A stretch of 64,000 nucleotides of DNA from Felis catus (taxonomy: Eukaryota). The notes under the pieces are model-generated. The model made no database searches and had not been told where the DNA came from. It saw nothing but the letters and a program-made list of their open reading frames with translations. The stretch's first letter is position 1, and each line of letters begins with the position of its first letter. The stretch spans positions 112,284,001 to 112,348,000 of the forward strand of contig NC_058368.1 of NCBI RefSeq assembly GCF_018350175.1, written 5' to 3'. The translations under genes were made by a program, and so were the position numbers. Shown piece after piece: positions 1-13,608 of the stretch.

Positions 1-1949
1 CCTCCCTTGTGGTCTAGATGGGGGGCAGAGTGAGAGGTGGTGTATGTTAGAGAACCTCAGAGCCCTACGGTCCCTAATCGGTGGCAGGAGGGTGCCCATC
101 TTGAGTCCCTGGGTGCAGGTGGTAGGATGGCATGGAATGGTTTCCATTGTCTAGACTCCACCGGAGCAGCGTCCAAACCACAGTACCTACGGCCCCCTTC
201 CAACAAGCAGGGGCAGGGTCAGAGCTCTCCCTCAGCCCCCACCAACTCCCGTGGAGGAGGAACACTTCACTTTCATTTATCCTCTCCCCCAGTTCACACA
301 CACACGAGTGAACCAAGGACCATGGCAAATCCAGTAAGTGGGGCGTGAGGTCATTGGGATGCGGCTAGTTTGACCTGTTCTCAGGGAGTACCAGACTCAG
401 ACAACATGAGAAAGATGACCCTGGGTGGTAGAAGTGGGGTCCCAACCCTGGTCAGAAAGTCAGCTCTTAGGTTTGTTGGAAGCCCATGAGTCCAGCTGGG
501 CCATCCCCACCGTCCCACCAGGATCTCCTATCCCAGAAGCTTCCTGGAACAATGCTGGTCTGCCTCCTGACTTGACATTCTTGCTCCACACCTCATGGAT
601 CTACCTTTAAATCCTGGAAAGTCCATTTCCCAGGAAATAAGATACATTCTTCCTATAATACCTTTTTTTGAGCATTTATAGATGACCTCAGACAAGCTCC
701 TAGCCCTTCACATCTGCCCTCATGGTGATGCCCTGCCAACTCTTGCTTCATATACACAGTTTTCCCAATGGATTGTTGACCCTTAGATCCTGCTTGATAA
801 CTTGGGTTTGATGAAAGCCTTATTTTTCATTCTGTTCCCCTAGGGCCAGCGTCACCTGGCCAGAGCTGGTGTCATCTGACCAGAGCCTCTTTTTGCTACA
901 AGTTGGTGCTGGAGGCATGGCATCTCTAGACTCCTCAGTAGTGAACTTAAGAGAAAGAAGGCCTCTCTTCCACCCGTGCTGTGGGTCAGGTGGGCCCTCA
1001 GCCATCGGCGCCGACCTCAGAATCCCTTCTTTCCTGAGGACTCTGCTCCTCACCTCCCAGCTGCGGCCACTCACCTGCTGCCTGGGAAGGAACTGTTGGA
1101 CCATTGGACCCACTGATGGACCACCAGCTCTTTCAGATCTCCACTGGCCCCAATACAAAGCAGGATAAGATCGGCCCTGTCCCCATGCCTGCTGTTAACA
1201 CTCACTGGGAGCTCATGGAGGAGCTCAACTGTCTGCATGTTTCCAAATAAAAACACTGAAGACCTCTTCAGGTCATTACCGAATCAGATGCTTCTGCCTG
1301 GCTTCCACAGGATACTGGCCACTCTCGTTCTTCCCTCTGTTTAGATCTCTATAGATGGTGCTGGCCCAAAGAACCCGCTCCACACAGGTGAGAGGAGAAA
1401 CCAAGGATGGCCGTCATGCTTCTTTATGCCCTGCTGCCTCCGGTGGGCAAGGAGGGCACCTGACTCCGGTGGCACGTGCTGACGGGGCCCCTCAGAGTCG
1501 TGTTAGTGAGCGTGCTGGGATGGGCGTTCTCTGGGCCTTATTTCCACACGGAGAACAAAACAAAACAAAGTACTTTGTCCACAGCCTGGTTTCCAGAATG
1601 GTTTCATTATTCTAAATGTTCTCTCTCACTAGAACCATGTAGGAAGTCCATTGCTCTTTTGCTGTCCTGTGGCCTGTGTCCATGACGCCTCTCTCACTTT
1701 TGTGCCTACGACAGGCATCCCTAATCAGTCGTAGAGGCTTTTCCTGATGAGCCGAATGCTACTTCAGAATCCTCAGCTTAGGACCCTGGGCAGCCATCAC
1801 CAGTCAGTCAGAACTGGCGCACAGATTAATCTATTTGCCATTCTTAGCTTACATCCCAGTGGGGAAAACATCCTTAGATTATTTTGCTTTCCCCTTTGAA
1901 AGTGTCTTCCTTGATTTCTCTCTCCCCGCCCCCCCCAACCACTGCTATA

Positions 1950-1950
<1 letters not shown>

Positions 1951-1989
<39 letters not shown>
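1951..1989 (+). repeat. Poly(A) tract (39 nt)
   Basis: Direct read. Confidence 0.95.
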
Positions 1990-1994
<5 letters not shown>

Positions 1995-2410
1995 CCAATG
2001 GTTCTCTTGGCTGATAAACTCCAGAATCACCACTTGGTGGCAGCAGAGGTCAAGAAAAGCCTCCACAGATGTCAGCTTCTGGTAGCTTGTGACCATGGTC
2101 CTCAGTGGTGAGAGCATCTGAACTCCATGACACTTCTCTTCTGGTTTTCTGGATCTCACCATCTCCCTTGTTGTGGTCCTTCTTCTTCTCTGTGGTGGAA
2201 CGAACCTCAGACTAGGGAGAAATATACTTTAGGTTCCAGGTCCAGTCTGTCATTGGCTACCTTCCTTCGTGATCTTGGCAAACTTTTGGCCGCTCGGGGC
2301 CTCAGTTATCTCATCTGTAAAGTGGGAGAATTAACAATAGGTCCCCATTATTTGCCTTCCAGGGCTTTAGTCAGAATCAAATGCAAACAGGGTTTTGTAA
2401 ACTGTAAAAT

Positions 2411-2413
<3 letters not shown>

Positions 2414-2453
<40 letters not shown>

Positions 2454-2455
2454 AC
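2414..2455 (+). repeat. (AC)n microsatellite
   Basis: Direct read. Confidence 0.95.
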
Positions 2456-3764
2456 TAACAGGAGTTAAAGAAGGCAGAGGAGGGGAATGCTTGTGTGATT
2501 TTTCTGGTTTCTGGTTTTGACTTGCCTTCTTGTCTGTGAGTCTGGGTTGTTTGCAACACAGGGTAGCTGCAGTGGTGTTCCTTGGGCCTCGTTTCTACAG
2601 CTCAAACTCTAAATGCTACAGATGCCTGGCCTCTAGGCCTTTAGACTTCCCCATGGACATCCAATGCCCATGCATAGGTCAGGATGGGTATAGACACTGC
2701 TGTGGTTCTTCTGATGCCTGGGGTGTCTGATTAATCACTGATGCAAGCCCTCCAACCTGCTGACTTCCAGTGCCCCTTGCTGCCAGGCTCCCATCAAAGG
2801 GGTTTCCAGGAAGCATTTGGTCCAGCAGAGGAGTCCAGCCCATGAGTTCCCGGAGGTAGAAAAACCATCCAGAAAATTGCTGCTTCTCTCCTCTGGCTAA
2901 GAGTGGGGAGGGGCCAGCACGCTCTGGGGTCAGTCACTCCTGCCAATCATAGGACCCATCCCCAGCTCCTGTGCCTCCTGCCGACCAGGTCGGTCTCTCC
3001 CTCCACATCCATATATTCTGAAGACGTCCCTATAGGTTACGTTTGTGTTGAGTCCGGGACCTGCGCTCACTGCCTGCCTCACTGCCGTTAGCTGAATGAT
3101 TCCCCCACACCCTTGTGTGTACAACACATAAACGGAGCTTTTAAAATTTTTCTTTAAGTTTAGTTTTTTCCAGGCCTCCATTCTATCACAAAGTAATTTT
3201 GCCATTTTCACGGACAACTCAGAAGCTCCCAAGTTGAGGGCAGTCAGTTCAGGGTTTTCTCCTTCTCCTCCCTCTCCTTGGGATGACTTTAGGTTTGGCA
3301 GCTTGGGGTACAGAGAGAGGCTCCTGGCTCTTGGGAGGCGCTCCGTCTTATGCTGGTCTAGTCCAGCGTATCTTCTTCCTGTCTAGTCCTAAGTGTGGCC
3401 TTCCCTCCGTAGTGGCTTCTGTGGAAGCCTCTTTATTCCTCTCTGGTCCTGCCCCCATGGTCCTTGCATGCCACATCTACCAAGCCTCGGGCCTCTCTCT
3501 GTCCTGTGGAAAGTCTTGGCTTCTCCATCAGAACTCGGGGGCCTGTGTTAGACCCACCTTTGGGGCTGTCTGTGCCACACCGTGTGTAGATGGCAGATGG
3601 CATTCTCTTTTCAGCGTGCTATCTCCCAGGACAAGAAATCCAGAGCCCTCCACTCTCAGGTCCTCACCCCTCCCCGGAGTCCTGCCACCACCGTTCCATG
3701 GCTCTGCTGTGGGCATAGTACTCACCAGTGTCTGCTGTCGTCCTCTCCTCTCCAGTGTCTAATA

Positions 3765-5905
3765 CTTGTTTGTGATAAAAAATGCTCCACAAATAGAATA
3801 GAAAGGAATTTCCTCAGCCTGGTGCAGGGTATCTATGAAAAGTCCACAGCCAACATCACACTCAGTGGTAAAAGGCTAGATGCTTTCCCACCAAGATCAG
3901 GAACAAGACAAGGATGTCTGCTCTTGCCACTTTTATTCAACATTGTATGGTGGTTCTATCCAGGATCATTAAGCATGAAATGAAATAAAAGGCATCAAAG
4001 TTGGAAAAGGAGAACTAAACCACCTCCCGTGCAGATGATAGGATTTTGTACATAGAAAACCGTAAGGAATCCATTGAAAAAATATTAAAACCAATAACCA
4101 TGTTCAGCAAGATTTTAGGATACAAGGTCAATGACAGAAGTCCGTGGTATTTCTATGCCCTAACAATAAACATTCCAACAATGAAATTAAGAAAACAATT
4201 CCATTTGTAATACCACCTGAAAGATGAAATAACTAGGCATATTTTAGCAGAAAAAGTGTAAGACTTACACACTGAAAACTACAAAACCTTGCTGAAAAAA
4301 TTTTAAAGATCTAGGTAAATGGGAAAGTATTCGATGTCATGGGCCAGAAGACTAAATATTGTTAAGATATTAAGACTCCCCTAATTGTTCTGCAGGTGTA
4401 GTTTAACCCCTCCCATAATCTCACCTGGCTTTTTTGGGGGGGGGGGAAAGGGGGTGCATAATAAAGCTAGTCCTAAAATTCATATGGAAATGCAGAGGAC
4501 TGAGAATAGCTGAAATGCACTTGACAATAAGATTGGAAGACCAACACTTCCCTAAGACTACAGTAATCAAGAGAGTGTAGTTCTGGCATTATGATAGATG
4601 TGTACATCAATGGGATACAAGTGAGAGTCCGGAAAGAAACCCTTAGATTTATGATCAATTGATTTTTCCCAAGGGTGCCAAGACAATTCAATGAAGAAAA
4701 GAATAGTCTTTTCAGTGAGTGGTATTGGGACAACTGTACATCCACATACAAAAAAAAAAAATTTAATTGGACCCTTACTGCACACAATATATGAAAATTA
4801 ACTCAAGATGGGTCACAGACCTAGATGTGAGAGTTAAAGCTATAAAACTCATGGAAGGAAATATAGTAATAAATCTTTATGACCTTGCATTTAGCAAAGG
4901 TTTCTTAGAATACCAAAAGCGTAAGTGACAAAATCAAATATAGACAAATTGGGCTACAATTAAAAACGTTTGTTGCTACAAATGATACCATCATTAAAAT
5001 AAAACAACCACCCGCAAAATGGGAGAAAATATTGCAGATCTTAATTCAGATAAGGGACTTATTTCCAAAACATATAAACAACTCTTAAATTTAACAATAA
5101 AAAGCAAGTAACCCAATATAAACATGGGCCAAGTATTTAAATAGACATTTCTCCCACGAAGATATACAAGTGGCCAGGGAGCATATGAAAAGATGTGTCT
5201 GTAGTTATTAGGGAAATGTAAATCAAAGCCATGATAAGATATCACCTTATAGATGCAGGGAAGGCGATCGTTGAAAAGATAGAAAATAGCCAGTATTGAC
5301 AAGGATGTGGAGAAATTGGAACCCTCACACCCCGCTGCTGGAAATGTCAAATGGTGCAGCCACTTTGGAAAACAGTTTGGTAGTTTTACCATATTACCAG
5401 TCAGAATTACCATATGACCTAACAGTTCCACTCCTAGGTGCCCACAAGAAATGAAAACATACGGAGTCACCAAAGCCTTTACATGAATATTCATAGCAGC
5501 ATTATTCATAATGGCCAAAACGTGGAATCAACCCAAACGTCTGTCAACTAACGAGTGGATCAATAAAATGCAGTGTATCCACACAACAGAATATTATTTA
5601 GCAATAAGGAAACGAAGTATTAATATATGCTATGACATGAATGAAAACATCATACGAAGTGAAAGGAGCCATTTAGAGAAGAACACATATGATTCCATTT
5701 ATAGGAAAAATCCAGAAGAGGCAAATTCACAGAGAAGAAAGATTGTTAGTTGATTAGGCCCGAAGAAGGGAGAATGGAGAATGGCCGCTAATGAGTGCAG
5801 GGTTTTTTTGGGGGGTGATGAAAGTATGCTGGAATTAGACAGCGGTGATGGTCACACAGCCCTGTAACTACACTACAAACCGCTGAAATGTACACTTTAA
5901 GTGGG
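3765..5905 (+). mobile_element. Old 5'-truncated LINE-1 (L1M-type) ORF2 3' part and 3' UTR
   Basis: ORF2-like peptides (IYEKSTANITLSGKRLDAFPPRSGTRQGCLLLPLLFNIV; AKTWNQPKRLSTNEWINKM), A-rich, many stops. Confidence 0.9.
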
Positions 5906-7848
5906 TGAGTGGCCTTATGTTTCTGCCGAGGGCTCCCTTTGCAGAGGAAGAGAGGCCTTGGTCTGGGGTAGGTGAGGAAAGCAGGCTAGGAATGGAATGG
6001 AACAGTTGAGCCTTCTTCACAGTATCTTCCTGCTTCAAATTGGTTGGATGTGCAAATAAAGAGACGGATGGATGGGGACTGGTCAAGACCAGTAACCTCT
6101 GGGCTTAGTTTCGTCAGCATCAGTGTGCCCTGGACTAGAATACTCTGGAAACAACTCTGCCTGGGCCCGGCCAACCTGGACAAGGCTACTGGCGCTGTGG
6201 AGAGCTTCCATACTCCTGTCGGTTAGATGTAAATATGGCCCTAGAGTTCAGTTACCTGAGTGGGAACCTTGGCTTCACTTCTTTTGAGCAGCATGCCTTG
6301 GACGAGTTATACTAACCTCTCTGGTCCTCAGTTTCCCCATCTGTGCGCTAGGAATAATTATATACAATAATTCTACATCTACCTCACGAGGTTCTTTCAA
6401 AGATCCAACTAGATATTCCACAAAACATGCTTGGCCGAGTGCTTGGTACATTCAATACATATTCGTTCTTCTTTCTCCAAGGTGCTTTTTAGATAAATCT
6501 CAACTCTCCTGACACAGGCAGGAGAGTAATTATTGTGCACTTCATCACAGGCCCTGAGAACTCTAGGTTGAGCTTGTCTGCAGGGGTGTATCCTGTGGGT
6601 TATATGACTTTTGCAGAACAGCTGAGGGAAACCACCAAGTTACACTGGTGACTAATCTGGGACACTGGGCTGCCGCTCATCTCTCTGCCCGTCTTCTCCG
6701 GCAGCCGATTGTTCTGAAACCATCTCCAACCACCAGCGTCTGTCTGTCCTTGCTATGATCCCTGTGTGGGGCAAGCACTGGTGACGTGGCAGCTCTCAGT
6801 GCTGCAGGCTGTAAACCACAGCGTGTGACTTATGTCTGAGGCCATTCAGAAAACGCAGGTGGAGGAGACGAGAGAAGGCCCTGTGGCCAAGGCCCATGTG
6901 GCGGCCCTCCAGGGAGCTACAGGACCCTCTGTCCCTCCTGGAGATGCCCCGACTGGCTCCAGATAAGCCCTTGGGAAAGAGTGCCCCCTATACGTGGGGC
7001 CAGAGCTACGGAAGTATCACAATTCTGAAATCCAAACGGCTCTGAAAGCCCAAGATTTGTTGAGACGCATTTCGCTGCCAAACCTGACGGCTTTGAGTAC
7101 TCCTGTGTGTTGTTTTGTTTGTTTGTTTGTTCGTTTTGCAGAATATTAATGTATTTAATTGCAAAATCCTGCCCCAGGTCCTGGGTGTTAGGTAACATAT
7201 GGCTCATGAGCTATGGGTTCCCCATCTAGAAGGCCAAACAGTTTAATTTCTGAAAATGATCTGGTCCTCAGGTGTTGGGATAAGGGCATGTGGTCCCAAA
7301 TTATTATGAATCTATTTTACCCTCAGACTGTAGTCAGAGGAAACACACCTGCTATACACAGCATAAGAAAAGAACAGAGAGGAGAGAGCCTTGGGTTTCT
7401 CCAGTTCTCACCAGCTGCAGGGCCCTGGGAATGTCTTTAACCACTCTGAGCCTCGATTTCCTTGCTTATATAACAGAAACAATAATCCCTACCTCCTGTG
7501 GTTATTAGGGGATTAAATGAGATAATGCATGCTTAGCACATACAGAGTAAGGGCTTAGTAATTGATTACAGGCTTAATATTAATAGATAATGATATATGT
7601 ATTACCTGGATGGACTCTTTTCCTCAGTGCCATGTGCACAGGCGTCCACAGACCAGCTAGGGAGCCAGGCCAGACAACTGCACCTGGACGCTGTGCTCAG
7701 TGTATGGGAGGGGGATCCCAGTTTTGGGAACCCTGTACAGGAAGGGGGGTGAGGCGCTGAGGACACTTAGTGCCCAGAACTTCCGGTCTTAGAGAGGAAA
7801 TTATGTGGAGGATATTGGAATACGCTACTAAAAAACAGTAATAACGGT

Positions 7849-8065
7849 TGGATGCTTGGGTGGTTCAGTCTGTTAAGAGTCTGACCCTTGGTTTTGGCTG
7901 AGGTCATGATCTCACGGTTGGTGAGTTCGAGCCCCACATTGGGCTCTGCGTGGTCAGTGAGGAGCCTGCTTGGGATTCTGTCTCTCCCTCTTTCTCTGCC
8001 CCTCCCCCACTGGTTCTCTCTCTCTCTCTCTCTCTCTCAATAAACAAACAAACTTAAAAAAAAAA
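7849..8065 (+). mobile_element. Can-SINE
   Basis: Head, (CT)n, A tail, TSD aaaaaacagtaataa. Confidence 0.9.
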
Positions 8066-9384
8066 CAGTAATAATGGAACATGAAGTCTCATACCCACTC
8101 TTACAGAGATGATCAGAAATCCTCTTTGGCAGAATCCGTGCCCCAGTGCTGCCTACCCCCCCACCAGTGCTACATGATGCTGCTCACTTATCTGGGGAAG
8201 CAGAGGGGTCAACAAGATGTGATGACTATTTGTCTCAGGGTCTGTGTCCCCTATAACATGTTGGCAGCCTTCAGCACTGAGGACAAAGGCTAAACCAGTG
8301 GTCTCCTTCTGAGAGCCTCTTGACCGCGAAATCTGACTTTTGGCCCTTTCATATGCATGCCACTATAAGGAAATCATTGAGAAACTTTTCTTTCTGTGCA
8401 AAGTAAAATAATTATAATTGGATGTCCACAAATAATTATGATTGTGTACGCACCATTTCTGCAGCCCAGAAGATAGCAGAATGGCTCAGCTGACCTTAGG
8501 CACTCCTCGCTAAAACCGCCGCATCTGCCCCAGGCAGGAGGGGCTCAGCCGCAGGTGCAGGACCGAATTTGTGGCACTCCATCGCTAAAAGGTTTGCACA
8601 ACTCCGGGGACCGGGGCTACTTAGAGTATCAGAGAATCTCACCTTTGGCCAAGGGCTGTTTAAAGTGCAGATCACATCTGATATTGCTTGACGTTGTGAC
8701 TGATGAAAGGCCGAGCAGAGCTCTTTGAGGAACCTTTGATGCTCTGAACTTTCCATATTATTGTGGTCAGAGGTACTCAAGGATGGCTTAGCTCAATGGG
8801 GTGGGGGGGACGATTCTAATTTTGACCGTACCTGGAAAAAATACTCCCCACGGGAGATTCTTCCCCAATCCTCTCACCCGTCAGGTAGCGGGGGAGAGGG
8901 CGATTGTGATTGTCAGACCATCCCAGTCCAAGACCTAACCCGGCCTCCCCCAGAATGCATCACACACAGCTGGCAGGCGGCTCCCTCCCCAGGGGCCAGA
9001 TCGTGTGAACCCCAAGCTTGGAGGCTGCCTGGAGCGTGTTTCTGGATACCATCTCTTCTCCAGGTGAGCACTTTCCTGACCTACAGACCAGTTCATACTC
9101 TGCTTTGGCGTCTCAAAGGGCTTTCGTTCCCTCGGCCAATATTTATGGAGTGCCAGCTCTGGTAGAGGGGTGGTGCGGGCTCGGGAGAGGCAACCGGGAT
9201 TCAACAGTGGGCTAGCAAAGCTCTCCACCCTCGGGGAGCTGCCCTTTGAGCAGGGAGAGACAACGAACGGGGTAAAGTCATAAGTGGGAGGGCATCTTAG
9301 AAGGTAGTGAGTACTGTGGAACAGAAGACAGGCTCTGGGGTACTGGCGCAGGGGGCAGGTTGAATATTAAGGTAAGATGGATAA

Positions 9385-9846
9385 TACATTAGGGTCCTTC
9401 AGAGAAATAGAACCAATAGGCTGAATAGATAGAGGGATAGATAGATATACAGATAGATAAGAAGAATTTGGCTCGTGGGATTGAGGCGGCTGAACTGCCC
9501 CAAGAGCTGCTGTCTGCAGTCTGGAGGCCCAGGAAAACAGCTGGGGTGGTGATACGCGTCCACAGGACTGAGAGGCAGGAAGCTGCTGTGTTTTAAGTCC
9601 CAGTCCGAGTATAGAAGAATGTCCCAGCTCAAGCTGTCAGACAGAGAGCCAATTCTTCCCCTGCCTCTTCAGGGCCTCGGTGGGATTGAATGAGGCCCAC
9701 CCACACTGGGCAGAGCTTTTCAGTCTACCAATTCGGATGCTCATCTCATCCAGAAACGCCCTCCAGACACACCCCAAAGCAATGTTTAGCCAAATATCTG
9801 GGCGCCCTGCGGGCTGGTCAAGCTGACATGTAGAATTTGCCATCAG
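9385..9846 (-). mobile_element. MLT2-like (ERVL) solo LTR
   Basis: Characteristic ends attagggtccttcagagaaatagaaccaatagg and ggtcaagctgacatgtagaatttgccatca. Confidence 0.7.
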
Positions 9847-10421
9847 AGACAGCCACACTGTAAGCCAAGCCAACAACCTGGTTCAGGGATCCCTTGGGTA
9901 GACCCCCCACTAGGCTCCGCACGTCAGCCGGGCACTCCGCCTGGCTGGTGGCGGGTTCTTACCTGAAGGTCTTTGGCAAGTGAACAGGTGACTGTATTGA
10001 TCCCAAGCTTTCTGGGCTTTGGGCTCTAAGTCAGGAGGTCTGCTCCCCGGGTCTTCCCCTGGCTGAGCTTCAAGTACTTTCTTCTGTTCTGGGTGTACGT
10101 GCCTACATTCCTGGGTAGGCTCCTGCCTCCTGGCCTTACCACACTGCCTTCTCCCATTTCAGGGACGCAGGTGGCTCCTCAGGACCCCAAACTCCCTGGC
10201 AGTGCCCAGGGAGCATCCTTCCCCCAGCGCCCACACACAGGGTGCCTCAGGCGTGCCTTCAGCCTCCCTAACAGCAATGGTCAGACTGTCCCCACATACC
10301 CTTCACAACTGTGCTTTCTCTGTCCCCAGGCACAGCTAGTGGGACTTCCAGTCTGTTTAGGGTAACGGGTCTTAGTACAGGAGCCTTTGACCCATTCAGT
10401 CCCTTGACGGAGTTTGCAGGG

Positions 10422-10469
10422 TTTTTTTTTAACTTTATTTATTTTGAGAGACAGAGAAAGTGGGGGAAG

Positions 10470-10523
<54 letters not shown>

Positions 10524-10652
10524 ATCCGAAGCAGGGTCCAGGCTCTGAGCTGTCAGCACAGAGCCCGACGCAGGGCTCAAACTCACAAACTGTGAGATCA
10601 CCACCTGAGCCGAAGTCAGATGCCTGACCGACTGAGCCACCCAGGTGCCCCT
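10422..10652 (-). mobile_element. Can-SINE just 3' of IL9
   Basis: Reverse-strand head with (GA)n tract. Confidence 0.9.
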
Positions 10653-10729
10653 GTAGCTTGCTTTCTTCTGAGCAGCAAGGAGTGAATAAACACCTAGCGA
10701 CCAGACTGTGTTCTTTTTCTTCATATATA

Positions 10730-10872
10730 TTTATTCCAAAATACAGAAATAATTTTAAACACATTATTACAACTGAATTTGATTCATCATGGCTTTACTA
10801 AATGTTTTTACCTGCCCCAACTCAAAGAGGAGGCTTTTAAATTCAATAAATAGCATAAATAATATTTCATCT
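10730..10872 (-). terminator. IL9: IL9 3' UTR with AU-rich elements and polyadenylation signal
   Basis: Four ATTTA pentamers on the - strand (10799-10860) and AATAAA at 10730-10735. Confidence 0.85.
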
Positions 10873-10983
10873 TCATACTGTGCCTTTCACCCTTTCTTTC
10901 TGTAAAATTTCCTGGAGACTCTTCAGGAACGTCAGCACGTTGCCTGTTGCAGTTTGGTTACACGGCTGTTCACAGGAAAAAAA
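10873..10983 (-). CDS. IL9: Interleukin-9, exon 5 (C-terminus, stop TGA)
   Basis: ttttctccccacag|FFSCEQPCNQTATGNVLTFLKSLQEILQKERVKGTV*. Confidence 0.96.
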   Translation of the reverse strand, partial: FFSCEQPCNQTATGNVLTFLKSLQEILQKERVKGTV

Positions 10984-12112
10984 CTGTGGGGAGAAAAGTT
11001 AATGGAGTGACTAAAAGAGTGTGGACCAGGAACCACCCTGCCTGCAGCCCTGTGAGAGGCAGGGTAGGGGTGCAGTGGGGTGGGGTGTGCACACAGCAAG
11101 GGCTTGAGACATAGAGCAAATGCATGGGGAGGTCCAGAGCTAGCATGTCATGTAGACCGTGTAGATGGCTGACTTTGTGCTACCATTTCAGGGGTGCCCC
11201 CCACCCCCACCTATCGAATAATCCTAAATCTCACTAGAGGGAACCTTTTCTCAGGAATCTTTGAATCCTAACGTTTTATTATCCTTTTTTGGTCGTCCTT
11301 CCAAGGTCACTGAAGAGCTCTATGGCCGAGAATGGGAATTTGGCATCAGGTAGACCAGAGTTCCCATCTCAACTCTGCCACTGCTTAAGTATCCAGCCTT
11401 AGGCAAGTTAGTTAACCTCTCGGAGCATCTGTTTCCTTGGAATGAGGTGAGGGTGGTAAATGATAATTGCAACAATTGTTACTGAAATGCTATTGTCATG
11501 AAACAGTATATATTAAGCATTTAGAACTACAAGCTGTTGATGGTAAGTAACTCAGCTGAGTAGCTGGGTGAAGGCTGTTAGCCTTCTGAGGACACACATG
11601 GATTTGCTAATTCCCAAAGAGTTCACGTCCTCCCTTCCCTCCAGGGACCAGGGCACATGCAGAAAAAGAGAACATACTGATGGGCACTTAAGGCAAATGG
11701 CAAGCCTCCATCTGGATTTGAGTGCTCCTTCCTTTAAATACCTTCTTAGCCAGTCGGAAAAAAAAAATCTTCTTTTTACAGGCCACAACACCCACTGGGT
11801 TAACAAATGGACAGCTCTGATTCTCTAGATCTCAGCTTCTTATTACAATCAGGACCGATTCTTTCATTATTCAATAGGTGGAAAGAAGTAAACGGCAACA
11901 TGGGTGTGTTTTTTAAGCCAGGGGGAATTACAGGGCTATAGGGGCAGATCTCACTTTAATTTTGTCATTCTGAGTACATTTCTTACAGGTCTCGTATTGG
12001 CCTCGAACTACCAATTCCAACTTTATCGCCGTTTCTCATTTAGCTAGAGTCGTCATGGACCTTCACATAAAAAGAACTAACCAGAGCGGAAGACACGGAA
12101 AAACAAATTCAC

Positions 12113-12244
12113 CTGGCACTTGCTGCTCTTTAGGTCTTTGACGTTTCTTTTTAGTCGGTTGAAGATCAGAGGGAAACTTGTTTGCACCGTGGAGTTGGTC
12201 ATCTGGGACAGCCCTTCCTGGAAGCACGGTGTGGTGCAGTCGTC
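12113..12244 (-). CDS. IL9: Interleukin-9, exon 4
   Basis: accag|DDCTTPCFQEGLSQMTNSTVQTSFPLIFNRLKRNVKDLKSSKCQ|gtgaat; 132 nt. Confidence 0.96.
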
Positions 12245-13454
12245 CTGGTCAATGAAAAGAATTTACTAAAAGAAACACCTTGAGGACCACTTTGAGAAGA
12301 ACCACAAAGAGCTTGCTTTCAGACACTACCTTAATTTAACCAACGTAACCTAAAATGGTATTATTTTTAGACAGGTCCCTCTCCCCATGTAGGAAAGGAC
12401 TTTCAGCATTTCAAGTCAAGGCCATTTTTCCACAGTGTCACTGCCTGGAGATTTCCAGTATGTTCCAGCAGAGGAACACAAAGCCGATGGACTCTGGAAA
12501 ACAGCTCGTTCTAGTCTCCGTTGCAACCGATGTTCCTGGGCTCCGTGTCTTGTAATAGTAGGTTCCCAAGGAGAAAGAAAGGAAAAGTTTTCTCACACCA
12601 GTCTGATGGCATGAGTCAGTTGAATACAGCCAGTGTTTCAGCAGTAGCTAAAATCACGGACCATAAACTGAAGGGTGGGACTGGGCTATAAATGCATGGT
12701 TCCTCCTCAGAAGGCCCCCTTGCCTAGTCTCGTGTAATGGATGCAGCCTGATGGGGTGTGATATCTGACCCCAGCGAGGATGACAAGTTCAGATTCTCCC
12801 AGGCCTTGCTTGGGACGATAATAATACAGGAGGCACCTTCCTCCTCCCCTGAACCAGAAAATTCCTGCCTCGCTTACTCTTTGTGAAAGTAGGGAATCAC
12901 CTTCTGGAAGTGCTTTTCGTTTTCTCTCTACCTTAGACACCCTGTCCTCCCAGCATTCAAACCATGAGAGGGCCACCCCAAATCAGCTAAAAAGATAGGA
13001 AGGGAGGAGTGAGGGAGAAGGTATAGCACCCAGAGAGGTTTTGTTATAGGAAAGAAAAAAAGTTATTTTACTTCCTTGTTGTGCAACCCTTGAGTTTTAG
13101 GAAATAAATTAGTAAGCAGTACGATATAAGCTATATCGTTTGTTACATTCTCAGCTCCAGTTTGATTTAATTGTGCACATGGCCACTAATCTAAGAAGAC
13201 ATACAAGATTCTTTTTAAAGTATTGAATAGTGTTCAAACTTCCCAAAGGGCATAAAAGCAGACCAAATACAATGTATACTAGTGATGTATCTAGTATAGA
13301 ATTCAAGGGCCTGGTTTTAAAAGGAAATCCTGAACTGTAACAATTGCAATTAAGCAACATTTTCTTATTTCAAATATCAAGTCGAGCAATTTATTTTTAC
13401 TTGAAAACTTTTTAAAATTACACCGTCAAGATTATATTGTTTTACTGTACTTAC

Positions 13455-13487
13455 AGAAGGAATGGGCAGACACAAACAATCGGTCAC
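13455..13487 (-). CDS. IL9: Interleukin-9, exon 3
   Basis: ttttgcag|VTDCLCLPIPS|gtaagt; 33 nt, matches human VTSCLCLGIPS. Confidence 0.95.
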
Positions 13488-13572
13488 CTGCAAAAGAATA
13501 ATCCCAGGGTGAAGATTCCAGATGCAAACATTAAAATAGGTTTGGAAAGTTCTTAAAAGAGCATTTACTCAC

Positions 13573-13608
13573 GTTGGTGCCACAGTCACATTTTGAAGGT
13601 GGATGTTC
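13573..13608 (-). CDS. IL9: Interleukin-9, exon 2
   Basis: tttag|EHPPSKCDCGTN|gtgagt; 36 nt, matches human EDPASKCHCSAN. Confidence 0.95.

Noticed and set aside
3582..5753. L1 ORF2-like peptides as an active reverse transcriptase
   Set aside because: 5'-truncated, heavily mutated fossil.
10281..10764. Recurring ORFs with AQVMIS..SSPASGSVLTAQSLEPASDSVS peptides throughout the window
   Set aside because: Translations of Can-SINE consensus, not a gene family.
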